The notes beneath the pieces are model-generated. The model searched no databases, was not told the DNA's origin, and saw only the letters and a program-made list of their open reading frames with translations. A stretch of DNA of 64,000 nucleotides, from the NCBI GenBank assembly GCA_038087875.1, contig CM075988.1, positions 23,996,001 through 24,060,000 of the forward strand, written 5' to 3'. The DNA comes from Malacoraja senta (lineage: Eukaryota). Of this stretch, positions 48,958 through 61,233 are shown piece after piece. The first letter of the stretch is position 1, and each line of letters starts with the position of its first letter. Made by a program: the position numbers and the translations under genes.

Positions 48958-49379
48958 GTTGGGAGTTTCTTAGCAGGTGATGACTCAACCAGCACAGGTT
49001 TCGTCGGGGATTTGTCGACAGGCTTTACAGGGGTCTTCAGCCACCTACTGTGGCGACACTTCACTCAGGCTGAGCTATCTTGCCACTTGGGAGTGGAGTA
49101 AAATTGTAATTTGGAGTGGTGAATCCAGTAAATTCAGTATTGAATGTATGTATAGCCTCCGAGAATGTCGGATGAAGATTTTTTGCACGGTTCATGTATT
49201 GTATATATTTATTACTTGAATAAAGTCTATTTTGAAATTTTAAAAAACTTGTGAGTGGTGTGTTTGTAGTTCTCCTGTGCCTGTCTGTCTAAGAGAACAA
49301 TGCTTCTCATCAGCACCCATTCCCCAATTGCAAGGAGCTCATGGGGACAAATTATGTCTTGTCTTTCAATGTCTGCTTT

Positions 49380-49710
49380 AGAGTCATAGAGTGATACAGC
49401 GTGGAAACAGGCCCTTCGGCCCAACTTGCCCACACCGGCCAACATGTCCCATCTACACTAGCCCCACCTGCCTGCGCTTGGTCCATATCCCTCCAAACCT
49501 GTTCTATCCATGTACCTGTCCAACTGTGTCTTAAACGTAGGGATAGTCCCAGCCTCAACTACCTCCTCTGGCAGCTTGTTCCATACACCCACCACCCTTT
49601 GTGTGAAAATGTTACCCCTCAGATTCCTATTAAATCTTTTCCCCTTCACCTTGAACCCATGTTCTCTGGCCCTCGATTCCCCTACTCTGAGCAAGAGACT
49701 CTGTGCATCT
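49380..49710 (-). mobile_element. CR1/HER1 3' fragment
   Basis: ESRAREHGFKVKG...VWNKLPEEVV. Confidence 0.85.
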
Positions 49711-50671
49711 TTCTTGCAGTTTTTCTTGTGATCCACCAGAAGCCCAGTCCACATTCACCTCATTTGGAGCTTAAAGGTTCCCAGCCCATTCTCCCAGTAT
49801 TGAGCCAACCTCCATCGCAATCTGCTTAACCTCCTGCTGCTGTCGGCTGTGACTTGCACCAGGTGAGCTGGTGAAAGCAGTTCCTCTCTTAGTTCTGAAG
49901 ACAGACACAAAAAGCTGGAGTAACTCAGCGGAACAGGCAGCATCTCTGGAGAGAAGGAACAGGTGACGTGTCGGGCCGTGACCCTTCTTCAGACTGAGAG
50001 TCAGGGGGGAGGGAAACGAGAGATATAGAAGGTGCGTAGAACAAATGAATGAAAGCTTTGCAAACAGTCACAATGATCAAGGAAAGGTGGAGCCCACAAT
50101 GGTTTAAAGTTGGCTGTGGGGTAGGTGATAACGAGAGGTCTAGACGGAGATATAGTGAGATATAGAACAAATGAATGTTCCTCCCTGCCCCGGCCACTGT
50201 CACTTTCCCAGTCAGTTTCCGAAAAAAGGAATAGGTGACGTTTCGGGTCGAGACCCTTCGTCAGTCACTGAAAGATCGAGAAGGCCAATTCACTGCCATG
50301 TGGAGTTTCTCCAATGAACAAAACCCAAGCTTGAAGTCAACAGCTTTGTGAATGAGACTGCAGGAGTGATTGTATTTCGACAGTCAGTGAGTTTGTACAT
50401 ATATTTGAGAAAGTGGACAGGTGTGGCATACCATAAATGGTTATGCATATATGTAGTATTGAGTCCAATTGTGTGTGTGTGCATGTATTGTGTACATGTG
50501 TGTGCAATTGTGAATATATACGGTATGACATTAAGGGTCCGCTCACTGTGGATGGGATTCAACAGAATACAGGTGGTGTGTGTGCGTGTTTGTGTGAGAG
50601 AGACACTCATTCTATACCTGGTGTATCTGTAAGTGTGACTGTGTTTCTGTATCTAGTGTGTGTGTGTGAAT

Positions 50672-51197
50672 TTTTAGTTTAGAGATACAGCGCGGAAACA
50701 GGCCCTTCGGCCCACCGTGTCCGCACTGACCAGCGATCCCCGCACATTAACACTGTCCTACACGCTCTAGGGTCAATTTACATTTATACCAAGCCAATTA
50801 ACCTACAAACCTGCACGCCTTTAGAACGTGGGAGGAAACTGGAGCACCCGGAGAAAATCAACACTGGAAACAGGGAGAACGTACAAACTCTGTACAGACG
50901 GATTTGTGGAATTCCCTGCCACAGAGGGCAGTGGAGGCCAAGTCACTGGGTGGATTTAAGAGAGAGTTAGATAGAGCTCTAGGGGCTGGTGGAGTCAGGG
51001 GATATGGGGAGAAGGCAGGCACGGGTTATTGATTGGGGACGATCAGCCATGATCACAATGAATGGCGGTGCTGGCTCGAAGGGCCGAATGGCCTCCTCCT
51101 GCACCTATTTTCTATGTTTCTATGACAGCACCCGTAGTCAGGATCGAACCCGGGTCTCTGGCGCTGTAAGGCAGCAACTCTACCGCTGTGCCGCCCA
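50672..51197 (-). mobile_element. V-SINE hosting a plus-strand CR1 3' fragment (50901-51123)
   Basis: SINE text gtacagac...acagcacccgtagtc is split by the LINE piece. Confidence 0.85.
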
Positions 51198-51792
51198 TGT
51201 TTGTGTGAGAGAGGCACTCTTTCTATACCTGGTGTATCTGTAAGTGTGACTGTGTTTCTGTATCTAGTGTGTGTGTGTGTGTGTGAATGTGACTGTAATT
51301 CTACACGTGGTGTGTCTAAGTGTGACTGTGATGCTACATGTGATGTGCATGAGTGTGAATGTGATCCTGTGCCTTGTGTAAATATGACTGTACGACTATC
51401 TCTGGTGTGAGTGAGTGTGGCTGTGATTCTATTTCTGGTGTGCCAAGGGTGTTGAATTGTCATATGTACCAGGACCGGGAGAATGATTACACTTGCTGTG
51501 GGTTTAGAGGCATATTAAATCAACGTGAGTGCGTAGGTGTGGCTGTAATCTTACAGCTGCTCTCAGTGTCAGCGTGACTGTAATTCTATATCTGGTGTGC
51601 GTGTGTGCGTGATTTTAAGGAACTCTTTCAAAGACTGAACCACAGAAGCAGTTACGATGAATGGTAACAATAGCCCAATGAAAGGGATAGGTGTTGGGGA
51701 GGGTCACGAAGCATACAGAGGGGTTCAGGGTGGGTGTTCCATGGTTTAAGGTCTAGGGGAGTTAATGCATGCTCACCAATGCTGGAGCGAAG

Positions 51793-52465
51793 GAAGATAG
51801 ACACAAAATGCTGGAGAAACTCAGCGGGACAGGCAGCGTCTCTGGAGAGAAGGAACGGGTGACGTTTCGGGTCGTGACCCTTCTTCAGACTGACGTCGGG
51901 GGCGGGGGTGGGGGGTGGGGGGGGGAGGGGAGAGATAGATAGATAAGAAAGGTGAAGGTGTGAAAACAGGGCAAAGGGAATGCAGATCAAGGAAAATGTA
52001 GAATAGATCATTGTTAGCAGGGAGGAGATAACAGCAACAAAGCCAACAGAGATAACATGTAGTTGGAGACAGTAGGATTGGTTGGAGAACTGGGAAAGGG
52101 GGGAGGGATGGAGAGAGAGGGAAAGCAAGGGTTACTTGAAGTTAGAGAAGTCAATGTTGATGCCGCTGGGGTGTAAGTTGCCCAAGCAAACTATGAGGTG
52201 CTGTGGTCAGCGGGTCAGACAGCATGTGTATGCAGGAACTGCAAATGCTGGTTTAAACCAAAGATAGATACAAAAAGCTGGAGTAACTCAGCGGGACAGG
52301 CAGCATCTCCGGAGAGAAGGAATGGGTGACGTTTCAGTCTGAAGAAGGGTCTCAGCCTGAAACGTCACCCATTCCTTCTCTCCAGAGATGCTACCTGACC
52401 TGCTGAGTTATTCCAGCACTTTGTGTCTATCTTCGGTTTAAACCAGCATCTGCAGTTCCTTCCAA
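51793..52465. mobile_element. Penelope-like element 3' end (minus) with additional inverted terminal repeats
   Basis: Minus strand QHLIVCLGNLHPSGINIDFSNFK* followed by the terminal repeat with a hammerhead motif. Confidence 0.8.
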
Positions 52466-53426
52466 AAACAATGAATGAAGTTAATGGATTCATATTATAC
52501 TAGGATGGTTCCACGCCTGTGGTCTGAGTATTAGTGGAATATATCAGCTGGCCTTTATCCACTTGTCACTGAATTATCTCGAGCAGATTTGTGGATGTAT
52601 AAAAGATCAGAGAGCAATAATGTAAGGAAGGGTTTGTTCTGTCTCAGGTCCATCAAGCAATCTCTCAGCAGTGGCCGTTCAATAGTTGCTCCGTTAGTGT
52701 CAATTGTAGCTCGACGCTCACTCCATGTACATGTGTGATGGGAGCAGCTGTGCATGGGCGGCTATTAACCTGTACAGTCAGGGCACAACATTCATTACAT
52801 CCGTTCACTCTGTAGACTGACAGCTCAGCTTTGCTTCTGACAGGCTAAAATCATCCGCTCCTCTCAGGCAGAGTTTTCCCTGGTTTCTATTGAAGGGGAG
52901 TCAGTGAATAGCTCTTTGCAGGAGAGACACAGAGATAGTAAAACCCACACAGAGGCACGCATAGAACTATGTGCACACAGACAGTACACACAAACAGACA
53001 GACACATGCATGCACACATACGCCCAGCCCCACACACACGCACACGCACACACACACGCACGCACACACACACGCACACGCATGCGCACACACACACACA
53101 CACGCTAATACACACCGAGCCATGCCAAACCACAGGACACAGGGCCACAATCACACAGACACAGTGATAAACACTCATGAACAGGAGCCCACACAGACAT
53201 ATGCACTTCACGAGAAACAACCCCATTCACACATTGACACCCAAATACACAGGATACAGGCACACATACAGAACCCACACAGGGACATGATGAAACACAA
53301 AGAGACAAACTCACAAACATGCGTGAGATTATCTCTTTGAAAGACTCAAAGAGATTTGGATTTATCAAAGAGATAAACTCCCTCCTGTATGTGCGGCTGG
53401 ATGTCAAAACACGTATTTAAGCCACG

Positions 53427-53637
53427 ATAGACACAAAAAGCTGGAGTAACTCAGCGGGAGAGGCAGCATCTCCGGAGAGAAGGAATGGGTGACATTTCGG
53501 GTCGAGACCCTTCTTCAGACTGGACCCGAAACATCACCCATTCCTTCTCTCCGGAGATGCTGCCTGTCCCGCTGAGTTACTCCAGCTTTTTGTGTCTATC
53601 TTCTGTTTAAACCAGTATCCGCAGTTCCGTCTTACAC
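53427..53637. mobile_element. Penelope terminal-repeat hairpin
   Basis: Near-perfect inverted arms gatagacacaaaaagctggagtaactcagcggga.../...tcccgctgagttactccagctttttgtgtctatc. Confidence 0.75.
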
Positions 53638-54126
53638 ATAATTAACCCAACGAATTGCGCTGGAGCAGTGTGAGCTGTTAGCAGGGGTAGCTTGCTGTGG
53701 TGATGTAGGGCAGCAGTGAGACTGAGCTGGGGTGGTCTACGCCTGTCACTGCCCCCAAAAACATGGAAGGTCAGGCCCTCGTGTTGGAGCTGGTAATGAG
53801 AACAAAGCTGGGACACAGAGTTGCTGGCAGCAACATCATGGCCAGATCTGTTCACACCGACACACACTGCTCCCTGCTCTGCTCCCCCCCCCCCCCCTAC
53901 TCTCATACATAATTCCATCTTTCAACACTCGCGCGGTGCTCGCCAACAGCTGGGCTGAACAGCAGGAGATTGAGCAGCTGTTCGGCAACATCTGGGCAGA
54001 GCAGAAGCTGACTGTGCACAGGATCGATCTCGTGAATCACTCCACACACACACACACACACACACGCGCAAACACAGACGCAACTCTCCCAGGCAGCCTT
54101 TTATTGTTGTACCTGCCGCGCCATTA

Positions 54127-54300
54127 AGGCCCTGTCCCACTTACGTGATTTTTTATGACGGGTGCAACTTGCCGGCACCCGTCATAGTCGCAGCAGGTCG
54201 CCGAAAATTTTCAACATGTTGAAAATCAAGAGGCGACCAGAAAAAGGTACGACTCTTTGGGCGACTACTCACCACCATACAGGCGTCACCCCGCGACGTT
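54127..54300. mobile_element. Truncated Harbinger-like MITE subfamily B
   Basis: Left TIR, and body similar to 1930-2085. Confidence 0.7.
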
Positions 54301-54963
54301 ACTGCCGTGCTTTTAAACCGCAGCCAAAGCCCAGGTTCCAGCATCTGCTCCGCGCTCCACCTCTGCCAAGTGTTGACATCTCAAGGGCTAAGGGGTGGTG
54401 CGTGTGTGTACCTGTCCGAAAAGTCCCCAGCTTGGGCAACATCCTTGTGTAGGGAGGAACTGCAGACGCTGGTTTAAACCGAGAATAGGCGCACAAAGCT
54501 GGAGTAACTCACTGTCGTCCCGTTGAGTTCCACTGTCTGCATAACTCGTTATCACCTACCCTACAACCAACAATGGACCATTGTGGGCTCCATCTTTCCT
54601 TGATCATCGTTGCCTTTTGCGTATCTTTTATTAATTTGTTCTATATACCGTCTATACATTTCCCCGGACTCTCAGTCTATAGAAGGGCCTCGACCTTTGG
54701 AATTCTCTGCCACAGAAGGCTGTGGAGGCCAATTCACTGGATGTTTTCAAGAGTTAGTTAGATCTAGCTCTCCGGGCTAAAGGAATCGAGGGATTTGGGG
54801 AGAAAGCAGGAACGGGGTGCTGATTTTGGATGATCAGCCGTGATCATATTGAATGATGGTGCTGGCTCGAAGGGCCGAATGGGCTCCTCCTGCAACTATG
54901 TTTCTATGTACATAGTGTTACAGGTCAGAGGCCCTTCATCTAAACAGGAACACATACTTTCTA

Positions 54964-55262
54964 GGTGGCACAGTGGCGCAGCGGTAGAGTTGCTGCCTCA
55001 CAGCGCCGGAGACCCGGGTTCGATCCTGATTACAGGTGCTGTCTGTGTGGAGTTTGCACCTTCACCGCGTAATCGCGTGGGTTTTCTCCGGGTGCTCCGA
55101 TTTCCTCCCACACTCCAAAGACGTGCAGGTTTGTAGGTGAATTGGCTCCTGTAAATTATAAATTGTCCCGGGTCTGTGTGGGATAGTGCTAGCTCGCGGG
55201 GATCGCTGGTCGGCACGGACTCGGTGGGCCGAAGGGCCTGTTTCCGCGCTGTATCTCTAAGT
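54964..55262 (+). mobile_element. HE1-type V-SINE, full length
   Basis: ggtggcacagtggcgcagcggtagag...ggttcgatcc...V-domain...gggcctgtttccgcgctgtatctctaa. Confidence 0.9.
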
Positions 55263-55658
55263 TTCAAAAACATCTAATCTACTGCAAGGGGCTGAGTTAC
55301 TCTTGACACTGACAGCTGCACAGAGAGGCAGCTGCCCACAGCTAATGGCCCCGGTCTACTCCACATTGCCGGTGTCCCCTTGCACGGTAATCTGACCCTG
55401 GTACGAGGGCGGAGGTAAAGTGTTGTTGTGGCTGCTCAGACTGTGTGGGAATGGATGCGGAATCGATCGAAGTGTGGGAGAGTGTGGGAGAGAGCGCGCA
55501 GGTTTCCCTCACTGACAAGAGTGGCATTGTACACTCCGCAGCTGTTTAGTGCTGCTCAAAGCCCCAGTCAAAGTGAAGCTGGGTGAATGTGCGGTTACTG
55601 GGGGCTAGTGTGAAATGGAAACCACCGGGACTCACTCCTGCATCACTGCCGACAGTTA

Positions 55659-55982
55659 AAGCCCTGTCCCACTGTACGAGTTCATTCAAGAGCTCTCCCG
55701 AGTTTTAAAAAAAATCGAACTCGTGGGAAGCACGTAAAATGCGGGTACGTCGGAGCTCGGGGACGTCTCTTAGCGGCTCGTAACGCTAACGGCAGGTACT
55801 CGGGAATACTCGCTAACGCCAGGTAAGCACGGGAAGACTCGTGAAGATTTTTCAACATGTTGAAAAATGTCCACGAGGGCCCCGAGTACCGACGAGTGGC
55901 CATTACCGTAAATCTCCGAGTTCGAATCAGGGCAAACTTGGGAGAACTCGTGGAATGAACTCGTACAGTGGGACAGGGCTTT
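55659..55982. mobile_element. Harbinger-like MITE subfamily A
   Basis: TIRs aagccctgtcccactgtacgagttcattc / gaatgaactcgtacagtgggacagggctt, flanks TTA / TAA. Confidence 0.85.
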
Positions 55983-56962
55983 AAGAGTTGCCTACAGTTT
56001 CCCTGGAGTCCCATCAGGCCCAGTGCTTCTGCAGATACACACAGTGTATCGGGCCACAGACGTACTGTTGTAAACTGGTGAAAGACGGAATCACAGAACA
56101 GTGGACTTAATGTGCGGGCGGGCGGGCGGGCAAGAAGCTAAGTGTGGATAGCTAAGGTGGGTATCAATGTAGAGTAACATCAACAAAGTCAATGGTTGCA
56201 GTAAAAAAACAGAAAATGCTCGATATACCCAGCTGGTCAGCCAGCCATTGTGGACAAAGAAACAGATTTAAACTTAGATTTAAACTTTCAGGTGAATGAT
56301 CTGAATTATCCGGTGAAGATAGACAGAGAGCGCTGGAGTAATTTAGCGGGTCAGGCAGCATCGCTGGAGAAAAGGAACAGGTGATGTTTCGGGTCAAGAC
56401 CCTTCTTTTCAGATTGAGGAAGAGTCTCGACACGAAACGTCACCCATTGCTTCTCTCCAGAGATGCTGCCTGTCACACTGAGTTACTCCAGCTTTGTGTC
56501 CATCTTCAAATGACATCACGCGCTCCAGACGGCTGTGCCTACACATGTAATTGTGCCCGACCTACGCGGGACCGTCGTGGCTCAACGCGACCACGACACG
56601 TAAGTGGGACAGGCCCTTAAGTGGCCTAACCACCGGGTAGCGCCTAAACGGCATACACATGTAATTTGCTGCTCTCTTATGGGCACCAGTCGGGCTTTAA
56701 CTTTCAAGAGTCAAGAGTGTTTGGAGGAAAGAACAGCAGATGCTGGTTTAAACCGAAGGTAGACACAAAGTACTAGAGTAACTCCACGGGACAGGCAGCA
56801 TCTCTGGAGGGAAGGAATGGGTGACGTTTCAGGTTGAGACCCTTCTTCAGAGATGTTACTGTCATATGTCCCAGATAGAACATTGCAGCAACACAACACA
56901 ATATCTGAACATAGCACAGTGTAAACAATGTATTAAAGGAGAAAAAAGTTCAGTGTTTGTAT

Positions 56963-57435
56963 CATACGCACACATATACATGCATACGCACACATATACA
57001 TGCATACACACACATATACATGCATATGCACACATATACATGCATATGCACACATGTACATGCATACGCACACATATACATGCATACGCACACATATACA
57101 TACATATGCACACATATACATGCATACGCACACATATACATACATATGCACACATATACATGCATATGCACACATATACATGCATACGCACACATATACA
57201 TGCATACGCACACATATACATGCATACGCACACATATACATGCATACGCACACATATACATGCATACGCACACATATACATGCATACGCACACATATACA
57301 TGCATACGCACACATATACATGCATACGCACACATATACATGCATACGCACACATATACATGCATACGCACACATATACATACATACGCACACATATACA
57401 TGCATACGCACACATATACATGCATATGCACACAC
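56963..57435. repeat. 20-bp minisatellite (CATACGCACACATATACATG)n, about 23 units
   Basis: Read directly. Strict purine/pyrimidine alternation. Confidence 0.95.
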
Positions 57436-58392
57436 ACTGTACACATACATCAGAACGAACAACAAATAGTGCAAAAAGACAAAATAATTTTTTGAAGGTA
57501 GACAAAAATGCTGAAGAAACTCAGCGGGTGAGGCAGCATCTATGGAGCGAAGGAATAGGTGATGTTTGGGGTCTCGACCTGAAACGTCACCTATTCCTTC
57601 GCTCCATAGATGCTGCCTCACCCGCTGAGTTTCTCCAGCATTTTAGTCTCCCTTCGATTTTTCCAGCATCTGCAGTTCTTTCTTAAATAATTATTTGGAA
57701 GTGCCATTCGCTGCGAATACTAGGCCGAATCAACATCCCTTGTGTTGTCTGTATATTCCGGCCATTGTACAAGTAATCTAACACTGCCACTTTGGTGTTG
57801 TGCTTTGAATGAACGTAATGTAATGCTCTTGTTTCAGGAGATCAGCGTCAAATGACAGAAACCTTGGGTTTTGAAATAAACTTAAATGGTTTTGCAGATT
57901 TCCAGCTAATGGAACCATCAACACCTTTATTGTGTTTTCAGTGCGCTATAAGATTGCTATCAAACATGAATCACCTGCGTAAAATTGTGGTTTTCAGATC
58001 GACTTAATCATAGCATTACACAAGAGAAAACCTCTGTCTTTGACCGAGCTTTTGCTCTCGTATCTCCTTACGTGCTCTGTGCTGTGTCTGCCTGATTGAT
58101 GAACCTTCGAAGGACTTTAGGACGCTTTACTCCATTAGGGCTAATCACTGTATCACAAGGTCTACTGTGATCATTGAATCATATGGTTTAAATCATCTAT
58201 AGAAGGAATGAAGTGCATTCTGGAGTGAAAATATTGAAATGGAGGAGGGCCAATTTTCAGTGGCTTGAAAGCAAATCTAGCCAAGATGAACTGGAGTTGG
58301 GGGTTGGCAGCTACAAGTATAATTGATTGGTGTGTCAACTGGGAGGAACTGCAGATGCTGGTTTAAACCGAAGACAAACACAAAACGCTGGG

Positions 58393-59137
58393 GAATAGAT
58401 CGGGTAGATGCACAGGGTCTCTTGCCCAGAGTTGGGGGAGAATCGAGGACCAGAGGACATCGGTTCAAGATGAAGGGGAAAAGATTTAATAAGAATCTGA
58501 GGGGTAACTTTTTCAAGCAAAGGGTGGTGGGTGTATGGAACAAGCTGCCAGAGGAGGTAGTTGAAGCTGGGACTATCCCGACGTTTAAGAAACAGTTAGA
58601 CAGGTACATGGATAGGATGGGTTTTGAGGGATATGGACCAAATACTGGCAGGTGGGGCTAGTGTAGCTGGGGCATGTTGGCCGGTTTGGGCAAGTTGGGC
58701 CGAAGGGCCTGTTTCCCACACTGTATCACTCTATGAACTATGATCTTATAGAAACGTACAAAATTCTTATGGGGTTGGACAGGCTAGATGCAGGAAGATT
58801 GTTCCCGATGTTGGGGAAGTCCAGGACAAGGGGTTACAGCTTAAGGATAAGGGGGAAATCCTTTAAGACCGAGATGAGGAAAAACTTTTTCACACAGAGA
58901 GTGGTGAATCTCTGGAACTCTCTGCCACAGAGGGTAGTTGAGGCCAGTTCATTGGCTATATTTAAGAGGGAGTTAGATGTGGCCCTTGTGGCTAAAGGGA
59001 TCAGGGGGTATGGAGAGAAGGCAGGTACGGGATACTGAGTTGGATGATCAACCATGATCATATTGAATGGCGGTGCAGGCTCAAAGGGCCGAATGGCCTA
59101 CTCCTGCACCTATTTTCTATGTTTCTATGTTTTTATG
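58393..59137 (+). mobile_element. Two tandem CR1/HER1 3' fragments (58393-58735, 58741-59137)
   Basis: The second fragment is almost identical to ~8620-9020. Confidence 0.9.
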
Positions 59138-59352
59138 ATTCTATTATATTTTACATACGGTTTATAGGTTATGGGGATAACAATTAATCGCCTGAAAAGG
59201 TGGTCGAAGCAGACTCAAACGTGGACTTCAAAAGGGATTTAGCGACTACTTGAAACTAAGTAATTTGCAAAGAAAGAACTGAGAAACAGGACAATCTAGA
59301 TCAATGAAGGACCTTAGGTCTTAGGTATTGTAAAATCTAATAATAGGTCTTA

Positions 59353-59496
59353 ACGGCCTGTCCCACTTATGCGATTTTTTTCAGCGACTTGCCGGCACCC
59401 GTCATGTTCGCAGCAGGTCTCCGATTCTCCGACCGGCTGCGACTATGGCGGGTGCCGGCAGTCCCCGAAAAAAATGGTGTAAGTGGGACAGGTTCA
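59353..59496. mobile_element. Short Harbinger-like MITE (internally deleted subfamily B)
   Basis: tta|acggcctgtcccactta ... taagtgggacaggttca|tta. Confidence 0.7.
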
Positions 59497-59626
59497 TTAG
59501 ATCTACCATATAAGGTCTAATATTGACTCACCTACGATAGGTTGGCATGAGCTCGATGAGCTGAAAGGCTTCCAGTTCAGTTTAGTTTGTCACATGTACC
59601 GAGGTACAGTGAAAAGCTTTTAGACA

Positions 59627-60138
59627 TTAGACAATAGACAGTAGACAATAGGTGCAGGAGTAGGCCATTTGGCCCTTCGAGCCAGCACCGCCATTCAATG
59701 TGATCATGGCTGATCATCCCCAATCAGTACCCCGTTCCTGCCTTCTCCCCATATCCCCTGACTCCGCTATTTTTAAGAGCTCTATCTAGCTCTCTCTTGA
59801 AAGCATCCAGAGAACCTGCCTCCACCGCCCTCTGAGGCAGAGAATTCCACAGACTCACCACTCTCTGTGAGAAAAAAATGTTTCCTTGTCTCCGTTCTAA
59901 ATGGCTTACTCCTTATTCTTAAACTGTGGCCCCTGGTTCTGGACTCCCCCAACATCAGGAACATGTTTCCTGCCTCTAGCGTGTCCAAGCCCTTAACAAT
60001 CTTATATGTTTCAATGAGATCTCCTCTCATCCTTCTAAACTCCAGAGTGTACAAACCCAGCTGCTCCATTCTCTCAGCATATGACAGTCCCGCTATCCCG
60101 GGAATTAACCTTGTAAACCTACGCTGCACTCCCTCAAT
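59627..60138 (-). mobile_element. CR1/HER1 3' fragment
   Basis: QRRFTRLIPGIAGLSYAERMEQLGLYTLEFRR. Confidence 0.9.
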
Positions 60139-61219
60139 TGTTGCATGCTAACCGGTCAGCGGAAAGACAATACATGATGACAATCGAGCCGTTTGCAGCG
60201 TAGAGTTACATGGTCGGGGGGAGTTCCCCCTCCCCCCACCACAGGTACGATGTAATCCCGCGCTACCTGTCGGCAACTAAACCGTCTCCCCACCAGGTTT
60301 GCCAGGTGAGGAGGGGGCTGTGGACCCCCAGCAGGACCAAAAACAAGACCTGTCAAATGGTGGATGAGCTCCTAGCGAGCCAACGGCCGTCCACACTTCA
60401 GTAGAAGTTGCGATTACTGTTGTACATAGCATTGCAAACGTAGCTATGTTGATAAAGAACACACACACCAAAATCCTATACTTCCAGTGGCGGAAATCTG
60501 CAGGAACTGGAGGACAGAGATGTGTGGTGCGTCCGGCACCGTTCCCGTCGGAAACCAGCGCCACTGCGTCGCTAATGTTTTCAACGATGATGAAAGTTAC
60601 ATGGTAAGGTGACGCTTCATTGCACGCTGTAACAATTAAACGCTTTCATGCATCTATATTAATAGAAGTTGTGATGTCTTGGTGAGATCCACACAGTGCC
60701 GGGAAGTGGCTGGATGCCAGGGCAGTGAAGCTGGCACGTTGGAGTACTTGTGTTTCACGTGGCTGGTTGCCGGCTGAAGTTTGAACCACCTCCACGCTTC
60801 TCACTGATGCCACTTACCCACACACCCACACTACGGCTACACACCTTCAGTGGTGGCAGCGAACTCCAAGGCATTTTCACACATCACCTCTGCCAAGCCA
60901 GTCCCTGAACTGGCTTGTTCCCGCTGCAGTCTCCCCCTACCTATTTCTCTATTCAGAGCCATGTAAGCAGGCTACTTTGGAGGAGGCAGAGTGGTTCTGC
61001 TATTTAACTGGAACAATAGGTTGCTGCTCCGAAGCTGCAGTTCAGGAGTTGGTTATTGGTCTGTCCGGGCTGCTGGCGTGCGTGACTGTGAGCTGAACAC
61101 TATGCCCCGAAACAGCAACTAACTCTTGTCCAACCATTCTCATTTCATCGAGGGCCATGAATGGTTCCCCTTGAACGAGTGTCACCCTTCACACAACCCC
61201 ATAGTTTAGAGTTGCTCCA

Positions 61220-61233
61220 CCACCAGGGGGCGC
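61220..61233 (+). promoter_or_regulatory. CTCF core consensus match
   Basis: CCACCAGGGGGCGC read directly. Binding is not demonstrated. Confidence 0.45.

Noticed and set aside
56821..57686. Six overlapping 170-228 aa ORFs
   Set aside because: Artefacts of the 20-bp minisatellite.
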